This document shows positions 29,111 through 41,223 of a DNA stretch of 64,000 nucleotides, in pieces. A model generated the notes under the pieces. The model did not search any database and was not told where the DNA came from. It saw nothing but the letters and a program-made list of their open reading frames with translations. The translations under genes were made by a program, and so were the position numbers. Positions within the stretch are counted from its first letter, which is position 1. Every line of letters begins with the position of its first letter. This stretch comes from Dendrobates tinctorius. Lineage: Eukaryota. The stretch is taken from positions 3,534,001 to 3,598,000 of the forward strand of contig NW_027361727.1 in assembly GCF_039654945.1 (NCBI RefSeq). Reading direction: 5' to 3'.

Positions 29111-29542
29111 TATCGTACCATAGCATATTGCCTACCATCTCCCCCCCGGCCGTACCATAGCCAATATTGAAATGTACAAGTATGCCAAAGGACATTTTTG
29201 AACCCAATCCCTCCCCCCAAAGAACACCCTCCAACAATTCCTAGGGCTGAACCAAGGGTGCAAAAAGTAAGGGTACTGTCGAACCCTTCCACCCCATTCA
29301 GCAGGTGCTTCAGTTCCTTTTCACTACCCGCATTTGACAGGATATAACCCCACAGCACTTTGCATTTTCCCTTATCCGTATTCAGACCAAGGCCCCATAA
29401 GGACCACAAATTCTTAAAAAAACAGCATATAACAGAATAATAAAAGAATAAATAAAAATATAACTTCTTAGGCAGTCCATTGCCTCAGGACCGCAGACTT
29501 CAACCGCAAGGCTCCATAATAACTGAGCAGGCCAAGATACCA

Positions 29543-30671
29543 TCAGCCACATTCCTGCTCCTTCCTCTCCTTCCTAAACTGTCGCTCGTTAAGGTCCAAC
29601 CAGTCCACGGCTTCCCTGGGGTCCAGAAAAAAGTGGATTTTATTCCAGGCCTCAACACGCAGTTTAGCCGGGAAAAACATGGAGTACTTGACGCCACAGG
29701 CTCTCAGACGCTTCTTGATGTCTATGAACTTCGCTCTCATCTTCTGAACCTCGCGAAAAGTCCGGGTAAAAGGAGACTCTGGATCCTTCTATTGTAAGGT
29801 CAGGGTGTTCTCTTGAGTATCTAAGGATAACGTTTCTGTCCCTGTAATGGAGGATTTTAGCCAGCACAGGTCTTGGTGGATGACCAGGGAGGGGGGGCCG
29901 AGTCGGGACTCTGTGTGCTCTTTCCACTGCATATAGGTGTGTTAGATTGTCCACACCTACTGTTTCTTTAAGCCATGTTTCAATAAAGGCAGTAGGATTC
30001 TTTCCCTCACAGCGCTCTGGCATGCCCACAATACGAACATTATTCCGTCTGGATCTATTTTCAAGGTCGTCAGTTTTAGCCCAGACAGCGGCCATATCCT
30101 TCTTCAGCTCTGTACAATACTGTCCTGAGTCAGAGGCCGAATTTTCCACAGCACCCATACGTTTTTCCAGCTGGCTTGTTCTGTCTCTAACACTGTGCAG
30201 TTCATGTCGCACAGTCTGCATGGACTCCTGCAGAAAGCCCAGTTGTGTCAGGACATGTGAGATCGCAGTCCCACAGTGTACCACTGCCAGCATTACATCT
30301 TTGTTGGTGGGCTCGTCTGGAACTTGTAATTGCAAGGCTGTGAGGTGCTGTTTATTTCTTTCCACCAGATCACTCCAGCTAGGCTCAGCTCCCTTCCCCC
30401 CCTGCACTCTGGCATGGGCAGCCTCCTCCTCCTCCCCCATTCCCGGGCTCATGTCCTCTGCCACAGTCTCCTGGTCCATATCAGAGTCCTGAAGAGACTC
30501 CTGTTCTGCCTCGGCCGTGCGGGCAAAGCGCTGCAGCCTGGCCGCCACTGCCCTGTTCCTAGCCGCGCTGTCTTCTGCGGCCTCCTCTAAGGCGCGCGCT
30601 GTGGCGGCGCCGCCATCTTGGCTCCCTGCGCCGTCCTCTCCTGCCACCCTTCTCTGACCTCTTTTCCCCAT
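29543..30671 (-). pseudogene. L1 ORF1 (coiled-coil/RRM/CTD), one frameshift near 29750
   Basis: DLENRSRRNNVRIVG, ERAHR and FYPDFS. The C-terminus (KYSMFFPAKLRV) is in a shifted frame at 29543-29740. Confidence 0.9.
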
Positions 30672-30817
30672 ATCCTGGGGTGAAGCAGCGATCTCCGGTG
30701 CCCCGCGGTGTCTACCGACTCCGATGCAGCCTCCAGGGGTTATACTAGCCGTGCTGTGGGGACGGAACAGCTAAATTAATCAGGTATATGCGGGAACTCA
30801 GCGGGCACACGTCTTCC

Positions 30818-31855
30818 TCACATGCCGCTCAGGCCACGCCCCCCAATATATCCTTTGTTGGCAATGACAGAGGTCAAACGTTTTCTGTAAGTCTTCACAA
30901 GGTTGCCACACACTGTTGTTGGTATGTTGGCCCATTCCTCCATGCAGATCTCCTCTAGAGCAGTGATGTTTTTGGCTTTTCGCTTGGCAACACGGACTTT
31001 CAACTCCCTCCAAAGGTTTTCTATAGGGTTGAGATCTGGAGACTGGCTAGGCCACTCCAGGACCTTGAAATGCTTCTTACGAAGCCACTCCTTCGTTGCC
31101 CTGGCGGTGTGCTTTGGATCATTGTCATGTTGAAAGACCCAGCCACGTTTCATCTTCAATGCCCTTGCTGATGGAAGGAGGTTTGCACTCAAAATCTCAC
31201 GATACATGGCCCCATTCATTCTTTCATGTACCCGGATCAGTCGTCCTGGCCCCTTTGCAGAGAAACAGCCCCAAAGCATGATGTTTCCACCACCATGCTT
31301 TACAGTAGGTATGGTGTTTGATGGATGCAACTCAGTATTCTTTTTCCTCCAAACACGACAAGTTGTGTTTCTACCAAACAGTTCCAGTTTGGTTTCATCA
31401 GACCATAGGACATTCTCCCAAAACTCCTCTGGATCATCCAAATGCTCTCTAGCAAACTTCAGATGGGCCCGGACATGTACAGGCTTAAGCAGTGGGACAC
31501 GTCTGGCACTGCAGGATCTGAGTCCATGGTGGCGTAGTGTGTTACTTATGGTAGGCCTTGTTACATTGGTCCCAGCTCTCTGCAGTTCATTCACTAGGTC
31601 CCCCCGCGTGGTTCTGGGATTTTTGCTCACCGTTCTTGTGATCATTCTGACCCCACGGGGTGGGATTTTGCGTGGAGCACCAGATCGAGGGAGATTATCA
31701 GTGGTCTTGTATGTCTTCCATTTTCTAATTATTGCTCCCACAGTTGATTTCTTCACTCCAAGCTGGTTGGCTATTGCAGATTCAGTCTTCCCAGCCTGGT
31801 GCAGGGCTACAATTTTGTTTCTGGTGTCCTTTGACAGCTCTTTGGTCTTCACCAT
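30818..31855 (-). CDS. Tc1 transposase (DD34E), 345 aa; last 3 native residues replaced by L1-derived sequence
   Basis: Paired HTH N-terminus, [15 protein letters not shown] and [11 protein letters not shown]. The native end ...KGYITKY* lies at 25093-25119 on the far side of the L1. Confidence 0.93.
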   Translation of the reverse strand: MVKTKELSKDTRNKIVALHQAGKTESAIANQLGVKKSTVGAIIRKWKTYKTTDNLPRSGAPRKIPPRGVRMITRTVSKNPRTTRGDLVNELQRAGTNVTRPTISNTLRHHGLRSCSARRVPLLKPVHVRAHLKFAREHLDDPEEFWENVLWSDETKLELFGRNTTCRVWRKKNTELHPSNTIPTVKHGGGNIMLWGCFSAKGPGRLIRVHERMNGAMYREILSANLLPSARALKMKRGWVFQHDNDPKHTARATKEWLRKKHFKVLEWPSQSPDLNPIENLWRELKVRVAKRKAKNITALEEICMEEWANIPTTVCGNLVKTYRKRLTSVIANKGYIGGRGLSGM

Positions 31856-32715
31856 AGTGGAGTTTGGAGTCAGACTGTTTGAGGGTGTGCACAGGTGTCT
31901 TTTTATACTGATAACAAGTTTAAACAGGTGCCATTACTACAGGTAATGAGTGGAGGAAAGAGGAGACTCTTAAAGAAGAAGTTACAGGTCTGTGAGAGCC
32001 AGAAATCTTGATTGCTTGTTTCTGACCAAATACTTATTTTCCACCATAATATGCAAATAAAATTAAAAAAAAACAGACAATGTGATTTTCTGGATTTTTT
32101 TTTCTCAGTTTGTCTCCCATAGTTGAGGTCTACCTATGATGTAAATTACAGACGCCTCTCATCTTTTTAAGTGGTGGAACTTGCACTATTGCTGACTGAC
32201 TAAATACTTTTTTTCCCAACTGTACATTACATTACTGATCCTGAGTTACATCCTGTATTATACCCCAGAGCTGCACTCACTATTCTAATGGTGCAGTCAC
32301 TGTGTATATACATTATATTACTGATCCTGTACTGATCCTGAGTTCCATCAAGTATTATACTCCATAGCTGCACTTCTGCTTCACAACTGAAATCGCCCAA
32401 TTCTTCTTGCTTGCCTAGGTTTTGTGCAGAGCTCATTCTTATTATTTCAGTTCTGGGCAGTATACGGTAATCTGTACACACAAAGTGGCTGATAACAGAG
32501 AATAATAGACTGTGTATAGAAGAGCTGAAAGCAATCTGCCCATAGATAAAATGGCTGTAAACAAAGGGCAATAGATTGTTTCCACCTGTCACACTGTCCT
32601 CCTTGTCCCTCCCTGAAATGACTGATAACAGGGGGCAATAGTCTCATTCTACTGAATGGGAGGAAGGGATTAGTCTTAGGCTTGTGTGTTAGGAGTGGGT
32701 CACTGAATGACTCGG

Positions 32716-33876
32716 TGTCATGATCCAAGGTGGATCTGACAGTTTAAAATGGAAAGTTGAACTTTTTTTCCTTTGGCTAGGTGCCAAAGTGGGTTGATTG
32801 GCCCCGGTGGCCATTAGAATTATTACACGTGGTGTTTCATTCTAAGTTGCCCAGTGGTGGTGAGTGGTATCGCACCTTAGTTTTAGGGTTAATGTGCACG
32901 CAATTACAAATCAGGTGTTAGGCTCTATAAAAGGGAGCCAGGTTTGTTCAATCATTGTTGGTGATATTGTGTGTTAGTCATTCACAAGGAGGCCTGGGTG
33001 AAAGAAGGAGCTGAACATGAGTCCTGCGCAGCCCAGCCAGAGGAGACGAGTGGCAGCTAGGTGGTCTGCAAGAAGGGCTGGCATGGTGTGGTGGAGTCAC
33101 AGTTTATGGTGTTGGCAGGAAGTGCTTGCATGCATGGCTTGGTGGAGTGACGACTATGGAGAGAGTTGCACTCAGCATGCTGGACTTGGTTGCTGAAGAC
33201 TGGACTCGAGCATGCTGGACTTTTTGGAAGAAGCTGGACTCATCTTTGGGACTCTGTTTACTGGGAAGCTGGAACTGGTGGTGGACTCTGCTCCAAGGCT
33301 GCACTATGGTGAAGAATCCGGTTATGGTGATGGATCCGGGTGGAGAAGATGCACACAGGTGGTGGGCTCTGTTGCTAGGAGCGTGCGCAACAGAGCAAAG
33401 CTAAGTGGTATTTCCCCTGTTTTGTCATCTTTCCTCATGTGTGTTTTAGTGCAGTGGTGGGATTAGTTTCCGCACGGACCAATTCCCTAGTGAGGGTTTA
33501 GGTCAGGGCGAGCTAGGTGTTTTAGGTTCCTGTTGCGCGCCCGATGCGGAACCGGCATAGGGAACGTTAGGAGTGCAGGGACACTGGCTCAGGGGAGCTC
33601 AGGAGGTCTCCACTTCCCTATTCCCTATCGCAGGGCCCACCATTGTTAATGTTTCCCAGGTTCCCCCTTTATTATTTAAATTCGCCTTACTGGAGGCGGG
33701 GTTTCCAGACTTGTATATACGTGTAATATCTAAATTCGCCAGTTGGAGGCGGTGTATCCAGCTGCACGTCTTATTATTTAAATTCGCCCCACTGGAGGCG
33801 GTGTATGCAGGGTCACGTGTGTCATATGGGTTCGCCTTGCGGTACTCGCTGCGTCCAGACACACGTGACCGTGACA
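32716..33876 (+). mobile_element. Solo LTR (Gypsy-like), 1161 bp
   Basis: CTCGG|tgtca...tgaca|CTCGG gives a 5-bp TSD and TG..CA termini. TATA-like ctataaaagg at about 32925. Confidence 0.85.
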
Positions 33877-34323
33877 CTCGGGGCTCGTAGCCGGATGTCC
33901 GTGTCCTGTATCTGTGATTCAATTACAACGACTGCAGAAACCGAGGAGAAAAGATGAATAATTATTCTCCCTCGCAGGTAAAATTAACAAAGTGCTGATT
34001 GGACAGAAATTGCTCGTCATCGTAAATCAGAGGATTCATGGCTCCGACATCTGTGTCCTTCTCGATTCACTGCCCCAGAATCATTTGTCACCGGGTAACA
34101 ACTCACGTGGAGGGAGACCCAGGACAAGGCCGAGCCGATTACAAATCCCCAGCCATAAAAAAAGAGGCTAAAAGGACATCCAGAAAATAACCTCTCCCAA
34201 CACCATGCTGGACCTCCCCTCCTGGATGTAATCTGTATGTAAAGACGTCGGAAAACGCTGTAACAGTGACATATTGTCATCACATGTGCGACATGTATCA
34301 GTCGGTAAATGGGATTATGGTCA

Positions 34324-35498
34324 TCTAAAGCTGAATGTGTGGGTGTGTATGTATAGGATTGGCATCTGCACCGTCGCAGCTACAGCCACAAAATTTTGCA
34401 CAGCCACACGTCTGGACCCCGAGAGCGTCATAGGCTATGTTGTGAGGCGAAATTTTAACCCCGCGCGTTCCAATTCACCAAACAATTTGGCCTATCATTC
34501 TTATCATTTCTATGGTGTTATTGTCCTTCTGTAAAGCTGGAAATAACACAATTTATTACCTTGCCAACACAGACCACCCTCTGACACAGACTGCAGGGGG
34601 AGCCCAGTATCACACAGGATAGGATTAGATACACGGCTGAGCAGTCAGTATCACACAGGATAGGATTAGATACACAGCTCAGCAGTCAGTATCACACAGG
34701 ATAGGATTAAATACACGGCTCAGCAGTCAGTATCACACAGGATAGGATTAGATACACTGCTTAGCAGTCAGTATCACACAGGATAGGATTAGATACACGG
34801 CTGATCAGTCAGTAACACACAGGATAGGATTAGGTACACGGCTCAGCAGATAGTATCACACAGAATAGGATTAGATACACGGCTCAGCAGACGGTATCAC
34901 ACAGGATAGGATTAGATACACGGCTCAGCAGTCAGTATCACACAGGATAGGAATAGATACACGGCTCATCAGAAAGTATCACACAGGAGAGGATTAGGTA
35001 CATAGCTCAGCAGACATTATCACACAGGACAGGGTTAGATACACAGCTCAGAAACAGGATGTGCCAAAGGAGAGGACATTTTCATTCCAAGAATTCCACT
35101 CATTCCATCTGATTTGTTTTTTGATTTTAAATGTCTCCAGTTTCCAGTTCTATTTGCAATGTCCATTAACAATGCTCAGGGACAGTCCTTGAAAGCAGTA
35201 GGGATCGATTTGCAATCTCCATGCTTTTCTCATGGTCAACTTTACGTGGTCTGTTCAAGAGTTGGAACTGCCAAAAATATGTTCATCTTTGCACCGAAAG
35301 GAAAAACCAAAAATCTTGAATGAGTTGAAAATAAAATACTATCAATACTTGGGTAATCGTTTAGTTAATTTGTGTTGCAAATCTGTAGTGTTGAATATAT
35401 GATGTGAAATGTTTTTATGGGCAATATAATCATTATAATTTGTTATAACTAACCACAGTTGGTTACTATGCCCAGGCAACGCTGGGCTCTACAGCTAG
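34324..35498 (+). mobile_element. Non-autonomous Helitron with a 41-bp minisatellite and a PIF1-type helicase remnant
   Basis: A|TC start. 3' hairpin gcccaggcaacgctgggc plus CTAG|T. Peptide FAMSINNAQGQSL..VGIDL..PCFSHGQLYVVCSRV at 35114-35323. 41-bp units at 34605-35050. Confidence 0.88.
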
Positions 35499-35826
35499 TA
35501 TACTATAACTGGAGATTATAGAACAGTTGCGTGTTATTATTATAGCAGATACAATTACTGGATATTAGAACAACTGGAAATTATTTTTATAAAGTAACAG
35601 TCACAGAAGGATATTATTATAGTTGGATATTATGCAGCAATTGTATCTATATGACACTCAGGTATTTGGATATGATGGCTATTCTATATCAAGATTTTCG
35701 ATACGTCCAATAGCCGTCAGTGAATGCCAATACTTGTCTCTCTATTCAGATATGCGTCTGTGAGAATAAGTGATTTCAATCCAAAATTCGATGACTGGAG
35801 ACAGATCGGTCCTGCCACTTTGTTAA

Positions 35827-36255
35827 AGAAGCACTCCTCCTCATCTAAAAGTTTTCATCCTCTCAGTGCTGTGTACTTACAATTGCTCATTTTGCCTTTC
35901 TACCAAGCTAATTCTTCTCTTTTCTCTGCTCTATGTAGAAACAGGAAGTCTCTGGTCCCTGCATTTATCATTCCCTCATCACCTCCTAACCCAGCTACTC
36001 CCTCCTCCCCAGTCATAGAAAGTTGCAGTGACTCATTACTCATACAGGGAAAATTGTCCTCCTGTTACTACATAGAGCTTAGAAGGATTCAGCTAGTCGG
36101 TTTTTAGTTACATGATGTCATAGACCTAATGGAAAGGACAATAATGAGCTGGGTAGAAAGGCAAAATGAGCAATTGTAAGTACACAGGGCTATATACTAT
36201 GATGATGGCAATATATTAAGAGGATAAAAACTTTGATGGGATGAGGAGGGCTTTG
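35827..36255. mobile_element. TTAA-flanked palindromic MITE (T2-like)
   Basis: TTAA on both sides. Arms gtgtacttacaattgctcattttgcctttctacc and ggtagaaaggcaaaatgagcaattgtaagtacac. Confidence 0.75.
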
Positions 36256-38392
36256 TTAAAGGGAACCTGTCATCAGGTATCTCGATACGACTTTCAGGGC
36301 TTATCTACAACATTCTAAAGCCCTGACTGGTCAAGAGGCCTCATGATGGGGGCAATACGCGCCATTAGCCAAAAAAGAGTAATATGACAGTACAATGATC
36401 CAACCTCGAAATTAGAGGATTTTTACTATATTTTTTGGAAGGGACAAGCAACTGGGATCTGTGGCCCTGCAAAAAAATATAGATAAAAGTGCCAGTAGAT
36501 TACCCTGCGCCATTGTTACACAGAAGCACGTGTTACCAACCACAGAACCACCCAAGTCGGATTCTGGATCATTATTCCCGAATCTGGAGACATTTTTTGC
36601 ACCCTCCTCTCTTTCTCGCCCGTTGTCACCCACTGACCCCACAGAGCGGTTTTTATACATGAGCACCATTGTGCGTGCAGTTTTCAGCCGGCGGAGCCCA
36701 CACCTGAGCGCACGCTCCTCGTCTCAGACCTTCCACATGGCGCTGACTGATAGAACGGAGAATCACAATGGCCAATTACGAGCTTGTGTGCGATTGTTCA
36801 CGTCTTTAATTGAATTTCTCACATAATTCCAGTCGGCTGCCTTTGTTCTGACGTTGCCTGGGAGCACATTACAGCACAATGGCGCTGCAGTGATGAGCGA
36901 GCATCGAGAGTCATTAAAGCAATGCAGTGGAACGTGGTACAATGGACTGGGAGCCGTGCTGAGGGAATGGAAGAACTGCATTGAGACGTGTCAGCATTAA
37001 ATGAAAGACAGACAGCCCCGCCGCCTCGTAAAGACGCCCAACCGGCAGAAATGTAACATGCGCCGGGATAGAGGGATGGGGGAGGTGATGGCTCTGGATT
37101 GAGAATTCACTCTGCATTTACATTGTATCGATTCCAGCTTGTAAAGATGGGAAACATAGTAATCACAGTAATTATAGGGAACGCTCAGTAGTAATTAGGA
37201 TTATTTAACGACCTTCTAGCAGAGAACTCATTATAGAAGTTGGAATCATGTACGGCAGGGGACAGGGAGGGGGTCCATATATAAACTTTGCAGCATTTTT
37301 TCAACATCTGCTTAAAACTTTTTCACATTATCTGTAAATATATATATTTTAAACTTACGGTCGTGTGAATAAAAGATTATAGTTCGTTGTTGCATTAATG
37401 CTGCAAAAGTAAGCATGTTTTCACAGATAGAAATGTTAATATATTTTTATCTAACAAAATGCGAAGTGAATAAAGAGGAGAGAAATCTAAATCCCATCAA
37501 TATTTAGTGAGCGCCCTTTGCCTTCATTAATTCTTATAGATACACTTGTCACTTGCACACAGACTGTAAATGATCTCAGCAGAAAGTTGTTCCAAACATC
37601 TTGGAGACCTGACCCCAGATCTTCAGTGTATGAGGCTTGTGCAAATCCTTCTGTTTCTTCATGTGATCCCAGACACAATGGATGAGGTGAGATGATGTGA
37701 GATCAGGGCTCTGCGGGGGCCGGATCATCACTTCCCAGACTCCTTGCTCTTAGTGACATTGGCTGGATCTTTGGGGTCGTTGTCCGGCTGCAGAATAAAT
37801 TTGGAGCTAATCAGACGCCTTTCTCATGGTATTACATGATGGATAAGTATCTGCCTGTGTTTAATCCTGACCAAATTGCCAATTTCATTTGCTGAAACGC
37901 AGCCCCAAACATACAGGATTCCCCACCATGCCTTACTGTTACTGTGTACTCCCATTATTGTGCAGCCCTTTGGTGAACAAATTGCCATCTGTTACAGGCA
38001 AATAGTCTTAGTTACTCACCGGTTAACGGTATTTTTCGGAGTCCATGACAGCACCATCTGAGAGAGGGGATCCACCCTTCTTAGGAACAGGAAAAACCTA
38101 CAGATACAAAAGGGCGGCACCTCTCCCACGCATCAGTTGGATTACAGAGTATAAAAAGAGGACCTCCAAGGTTAATGCATAATTATATGTACAACAATAT
38201 CAACACTTAAATCTTTATCACCCATGGATATGTACAAAGGGAAGACGTGCACACCCAAATTAACTAAGGGAAGGGAATCTATGGGTGCTGTCATGGACTC
38301 CGAAAAATACCGTTAACCGGTGAGTAACTAAGACTTTATTCGGTCGTCCATGACAGCACCACCTGAGAGAATTACAGAGAGTAATCACTACT

Positions 38393-39823
38393 TTAGGGGG
38401 GGACTACAGCCTGCAGAACCCTGTTACCGAAGGAGAGGTCTGCAGAGGCACCCAAGTCTAGTCTATAATGACTATAAAAAGTGCTCGGAGAGGACCAAGT
38501 GGCCGCCTTACAAATCTGGTCGATGGAGACTTCCGACCTCTCGGCCCACGAGGTTGCCACGGCTCTGGTGGAATGCGCCTTCAATTTCTCCGGAGCTACT
38601 CTACCTTTTGAGGCATAAGCTAACGAGATTGCTTCTCTAATCCACCTGGCTAGTGTACTTTTGGACACCCTAAGACCTTTCCTAGGGCCTTGGTAGGAGA
38701 CAAAGAGAGCATTGTCTTTCTTCCAGGGATCGGTAGCTGCTAGATACTCCAAGAGGCATCTCCTAACATCTAAAGTGTGTAGCTTCTCCTCTTTCTCATT
38801 AGTTGGTTTAGGGAGGAAGGATGGAAGGACTATTTCCTGCGACCTATGAAAGCTGGAGGCTACTTTTGGTAAATACGCTGGGTCGGGTCTAAGTATTACC
38901 CTATCCTCCTTTACCTGAAGAAAAGGTGGGCGCCTAGACAATGCCTGAATGTCGCTTACCCTACGGGCTGACGTTATGGCTATTAGGAAAGCTATTTTGA
39001 GGGACAGGCTCCTAATAGAGGCCGACAAGATGGGTTCAAATGGCGCTTCTGTCATAGCTGTGAGGACTAGGTTCAAATCCCATGGCGTGAGTCTATTCTT
39101 TACTATTGGTCTGGATCTACTCGCTGCTTTGATAAATCTTTTGACCCAATAATTAGCCGCGATGTTGCAGCTAAAGAGGGCCCCTAAGGCGGATACCTGT
39201 ACTTTAAGGGTACTGGTGGAGAGACCCAAGTCCAGCCCTTTTTGTAAAAATTCCAAGATCTGGCCTATGGGGACGGAATCACCAGTATTTACATTTGAGC
39301 TTTCGAGGAACCTTTTCCAAATTCTGACGTAAATCTTAGTTGTCACTACTTTCCTACTTTTTAGTAGAGTGTCAATTAGGTCTGGAGAGAAGCCTTTACT
39401 TTCTAGCAGTGACCGCTCAAATTCCACGCCGTGAGATGTAGGCCAGCCACCTGAGGGTGGAAGACCGGGCCCTGGGACAGAAGGTCCGGGATGTCCGGGA
39501 GAACCCAAGGATCGTCTACCGACATGATCCTGAAGTTCGAAAACCATGCTCTTCTGGGCCAGAACGGGGCGATGACTATGACCCTTGCCCTGTCTTTCCT
39601 GATCTTCCTCAACACTAGAGGAAGTAGAGATAGGGGAGGAAAGGCGTAGGCTAGCCTGAAGTCCCATTTTATCAGAAGCGCATCTACTGCCAGAGGAGTC
39701 TCCCTGGGGTTTAGGGAGCAAAACTGTGTCGTTTTCGAGTTCTCCTTGGTGGCGAATAGATCCACCTCTGGCTGACCCCATCTCTGCACAATCTGAACGA
39801 AAATGGAGGTGTTTAAGGCCCAC
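38393..39823 (-). CDS. DIRS tyrosine recombinase ORF (open; the homologous domain starts at about 39420)
   Basis: PWDL..VL, TSARRVSDI (R), AHSTR (HxxR), ATWSS and FYSHY (Y). No stops or frameshifts. Confidence 0.9.
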   Translation of the reverse strand: MGLKHLHFRSDCAEMGSARGGSIRHQGELENDTVLLPKPQGDSSGSRCASDKMGLQASLRLSSPISTSSSVEEDQERQGKGHSHRPVLAQKSMVFELQDHVGRRSLGSPGHPGPSVPGPGLPPSGGWPTSHGVEFERSLLESKGFSPDLIDTLLKSRKVVTTKIYVRIWKRFLESSNVNTGDSVPIGQILEFLQKGLDLGLSTSTLKVQVSALGALFSCNIAANYWVKRFIKAASRSRPIVKNRLTPWDLNLVLTAMTEAPFEPILSASIRSLSLKIAFLIAITSARRVSDIQALSRRPPFLQVKEDRVILRPDPAYLPKVASSFHRSQEIVLPSFLPKPTNEKEEKLHTLDVRRCLLEYLAATDPWKKDNALFVSYQGPRKGLRVSKSTLARWIREAISLAYASKGRVAPEKLKAHSTRAVATSWAERSEVSIDQICKAATWSSPSTFYSHYRLDLGASADLSFGNRVLQAVVPP

Positions 39824-41223
39824 TCTCCTTGTTTTAACAGATTGCGGCTTAGGAAATCTGCCGCAATGTTCTCTTTCCCTCTTATGTGAAGAGCCGTGAG
39901 AGATAAAAAATGACGCTCTGCTAGCTGGAACAACTGTCCTGCCACCTTCATCAGAGTTCTGGATCGAGTTCCGCCTTAGTGGTTGATATAGGCCACGGCC
40001 ACTCGATTGTCCGATAGAACTCGTACGTGATGGCCCTGTAGATACATAAGGAGCTCTTTAGCTGCGAGTACTACCGCTGTTAATTCTTTCAAATTAGAAG
40101 ACATTTGTATCTGATCTCGTTCCCATAGGCCCTGGACCAGAATTTCTTCCATATGCGCCCCCCAACCGGAAGGACTTGCATCCGTGGTGACCACGCGGGT
40201 AATGTTATACTCCCAAGGGATCCCTCTAGACAAGTTATTTCTTTCTAGCCACCATTCCAGGGACTCTATTGTGTTTCTAGATAAGGTCAGTCGACCTTCT
40301 AAGTTACCCCCAAGAATCCTCTGATACCATAAAACTTCGCCCTGTAGAGTTCTCGTATGAACTTGGGCCCACTGGACTGCGGGAATGCAGGACGAGAGGG
40401 AACCCAACAGGGACATGGCATTCCTGAGGGACATGGAGGGGTTGTTGGAGGCGTTCAGGACCCGGCCATGCAGGTGCAGCAGCTTCTCTGGGGGCAGACG
40501 GCATTCCTGCTTTTTTGAATCTAGGGTTAGGCCTAGAAATTGTTGAATTTTTAATGGCTGCAAACGGGATTTTTTGATATTAAGTAGCCATCCCAACCGC
40601 TCTAGAGCCGCCGTTGTTTTCTGTAACTGTTCTAAACACTGCTCGGCTGAACTGCCTATTATAAGGAGGTCATCTAAATAGGGGACGACTAGAATGTTTA
40701 GCTCGCGCAGATGGGCCATCACTTCCCCTAAATGAGTCGTCCGGTTTACGGACAAAGAACAGGGGGGAATAGAAGCCTTTCCCCCTCTCTTCCTCTGGAA
40801 CTCTCGTCAGGACTTTTTTGTCCAGTAGCTCGAGGACCTCGGTCTCCAGGGCAGCTTGTTCTAGCGGGGAAGATTTGAGTGGAGTTACATTGAAACGATC
40901 TTGGGGAACGCAGGCGAACTCTAGGTGCAGTCCTGTAGCTATCACCCCCAGTATCCAGCTGCTATTCGAGATTCTGGCCCAGGCCGGGTAGAAGGCAGAT
41001 AATCTTCCTCCTACCGGAGCCACTAGTCATTGGGGCGGCTTCTTATTATCCCGTGAAGGACCTTCTTGGCGCCCCCCTCCTCCATACATGAAGCCCGTAC
41101 CTCTGGTTTTTTTGTTGTCCCATCTGTTCTGATCTCTGGCCTGTCTCCTGCGGGAATACCCTTTCCTAGAAAAGGGACGTCTCCAGGATGTATTCGGCAG
41201 ACTCGGAAATTTCTTTTTCTCAT
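39403..41223 (-). pseudogene. DIRS copy B ORF2: RT-RNaseH-Dam-like methyltransferase domain
   Basis: VGGRL, FYSPLF, PYLDD, TDASPSGWGA, N..AD.LSR, DLFA and YAFPP. RT core deletion at about 40730, stop at 39976-39978, 1-nt indel at about 41025. Confidence 0.9.

Larger units (their letters stand above)
25120..30845 (-). mobile_element. Full-length L1 (L1/Tx1 clade) non-LTR retrotransposon
   Basis: 14-bp TSD atatatcctttgtt at 25106-25119 and 30846-30859. 5' GGGGGCGTGGC start, AATAAA and poly(A) at the 3' end, ORF1 and ORF2 present. Confidence 0.95.
24877..32222 (-). mobile_element. Tc1-family DNA transposon (about 1.6 kb) carrying a nested full-length L1
   Basis: TA TSDs. Near-identical TIRs of about 207 bp (24877-25083; 32016-32222) starting cagtggggaaaaaaagtatttagtcag. 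Confidence 0.95.

Noticed and set aside
29947-31946. Plus-strand ORFs of 181 and 246 aa
   Set aside because: They are antisense shadows of L1 ORF1 and the Tc1 transposase.
31856-31990. PRMT3-Tc1 transposase fusion via acceptors upstream of the transposase ATG
   Set aside because: From the phase-1 PRMT3 donor, cctgtag|TA hits a stop within 5 codons. The site caaacag| lies 19 nt before the ATG, which is the wrong phase.
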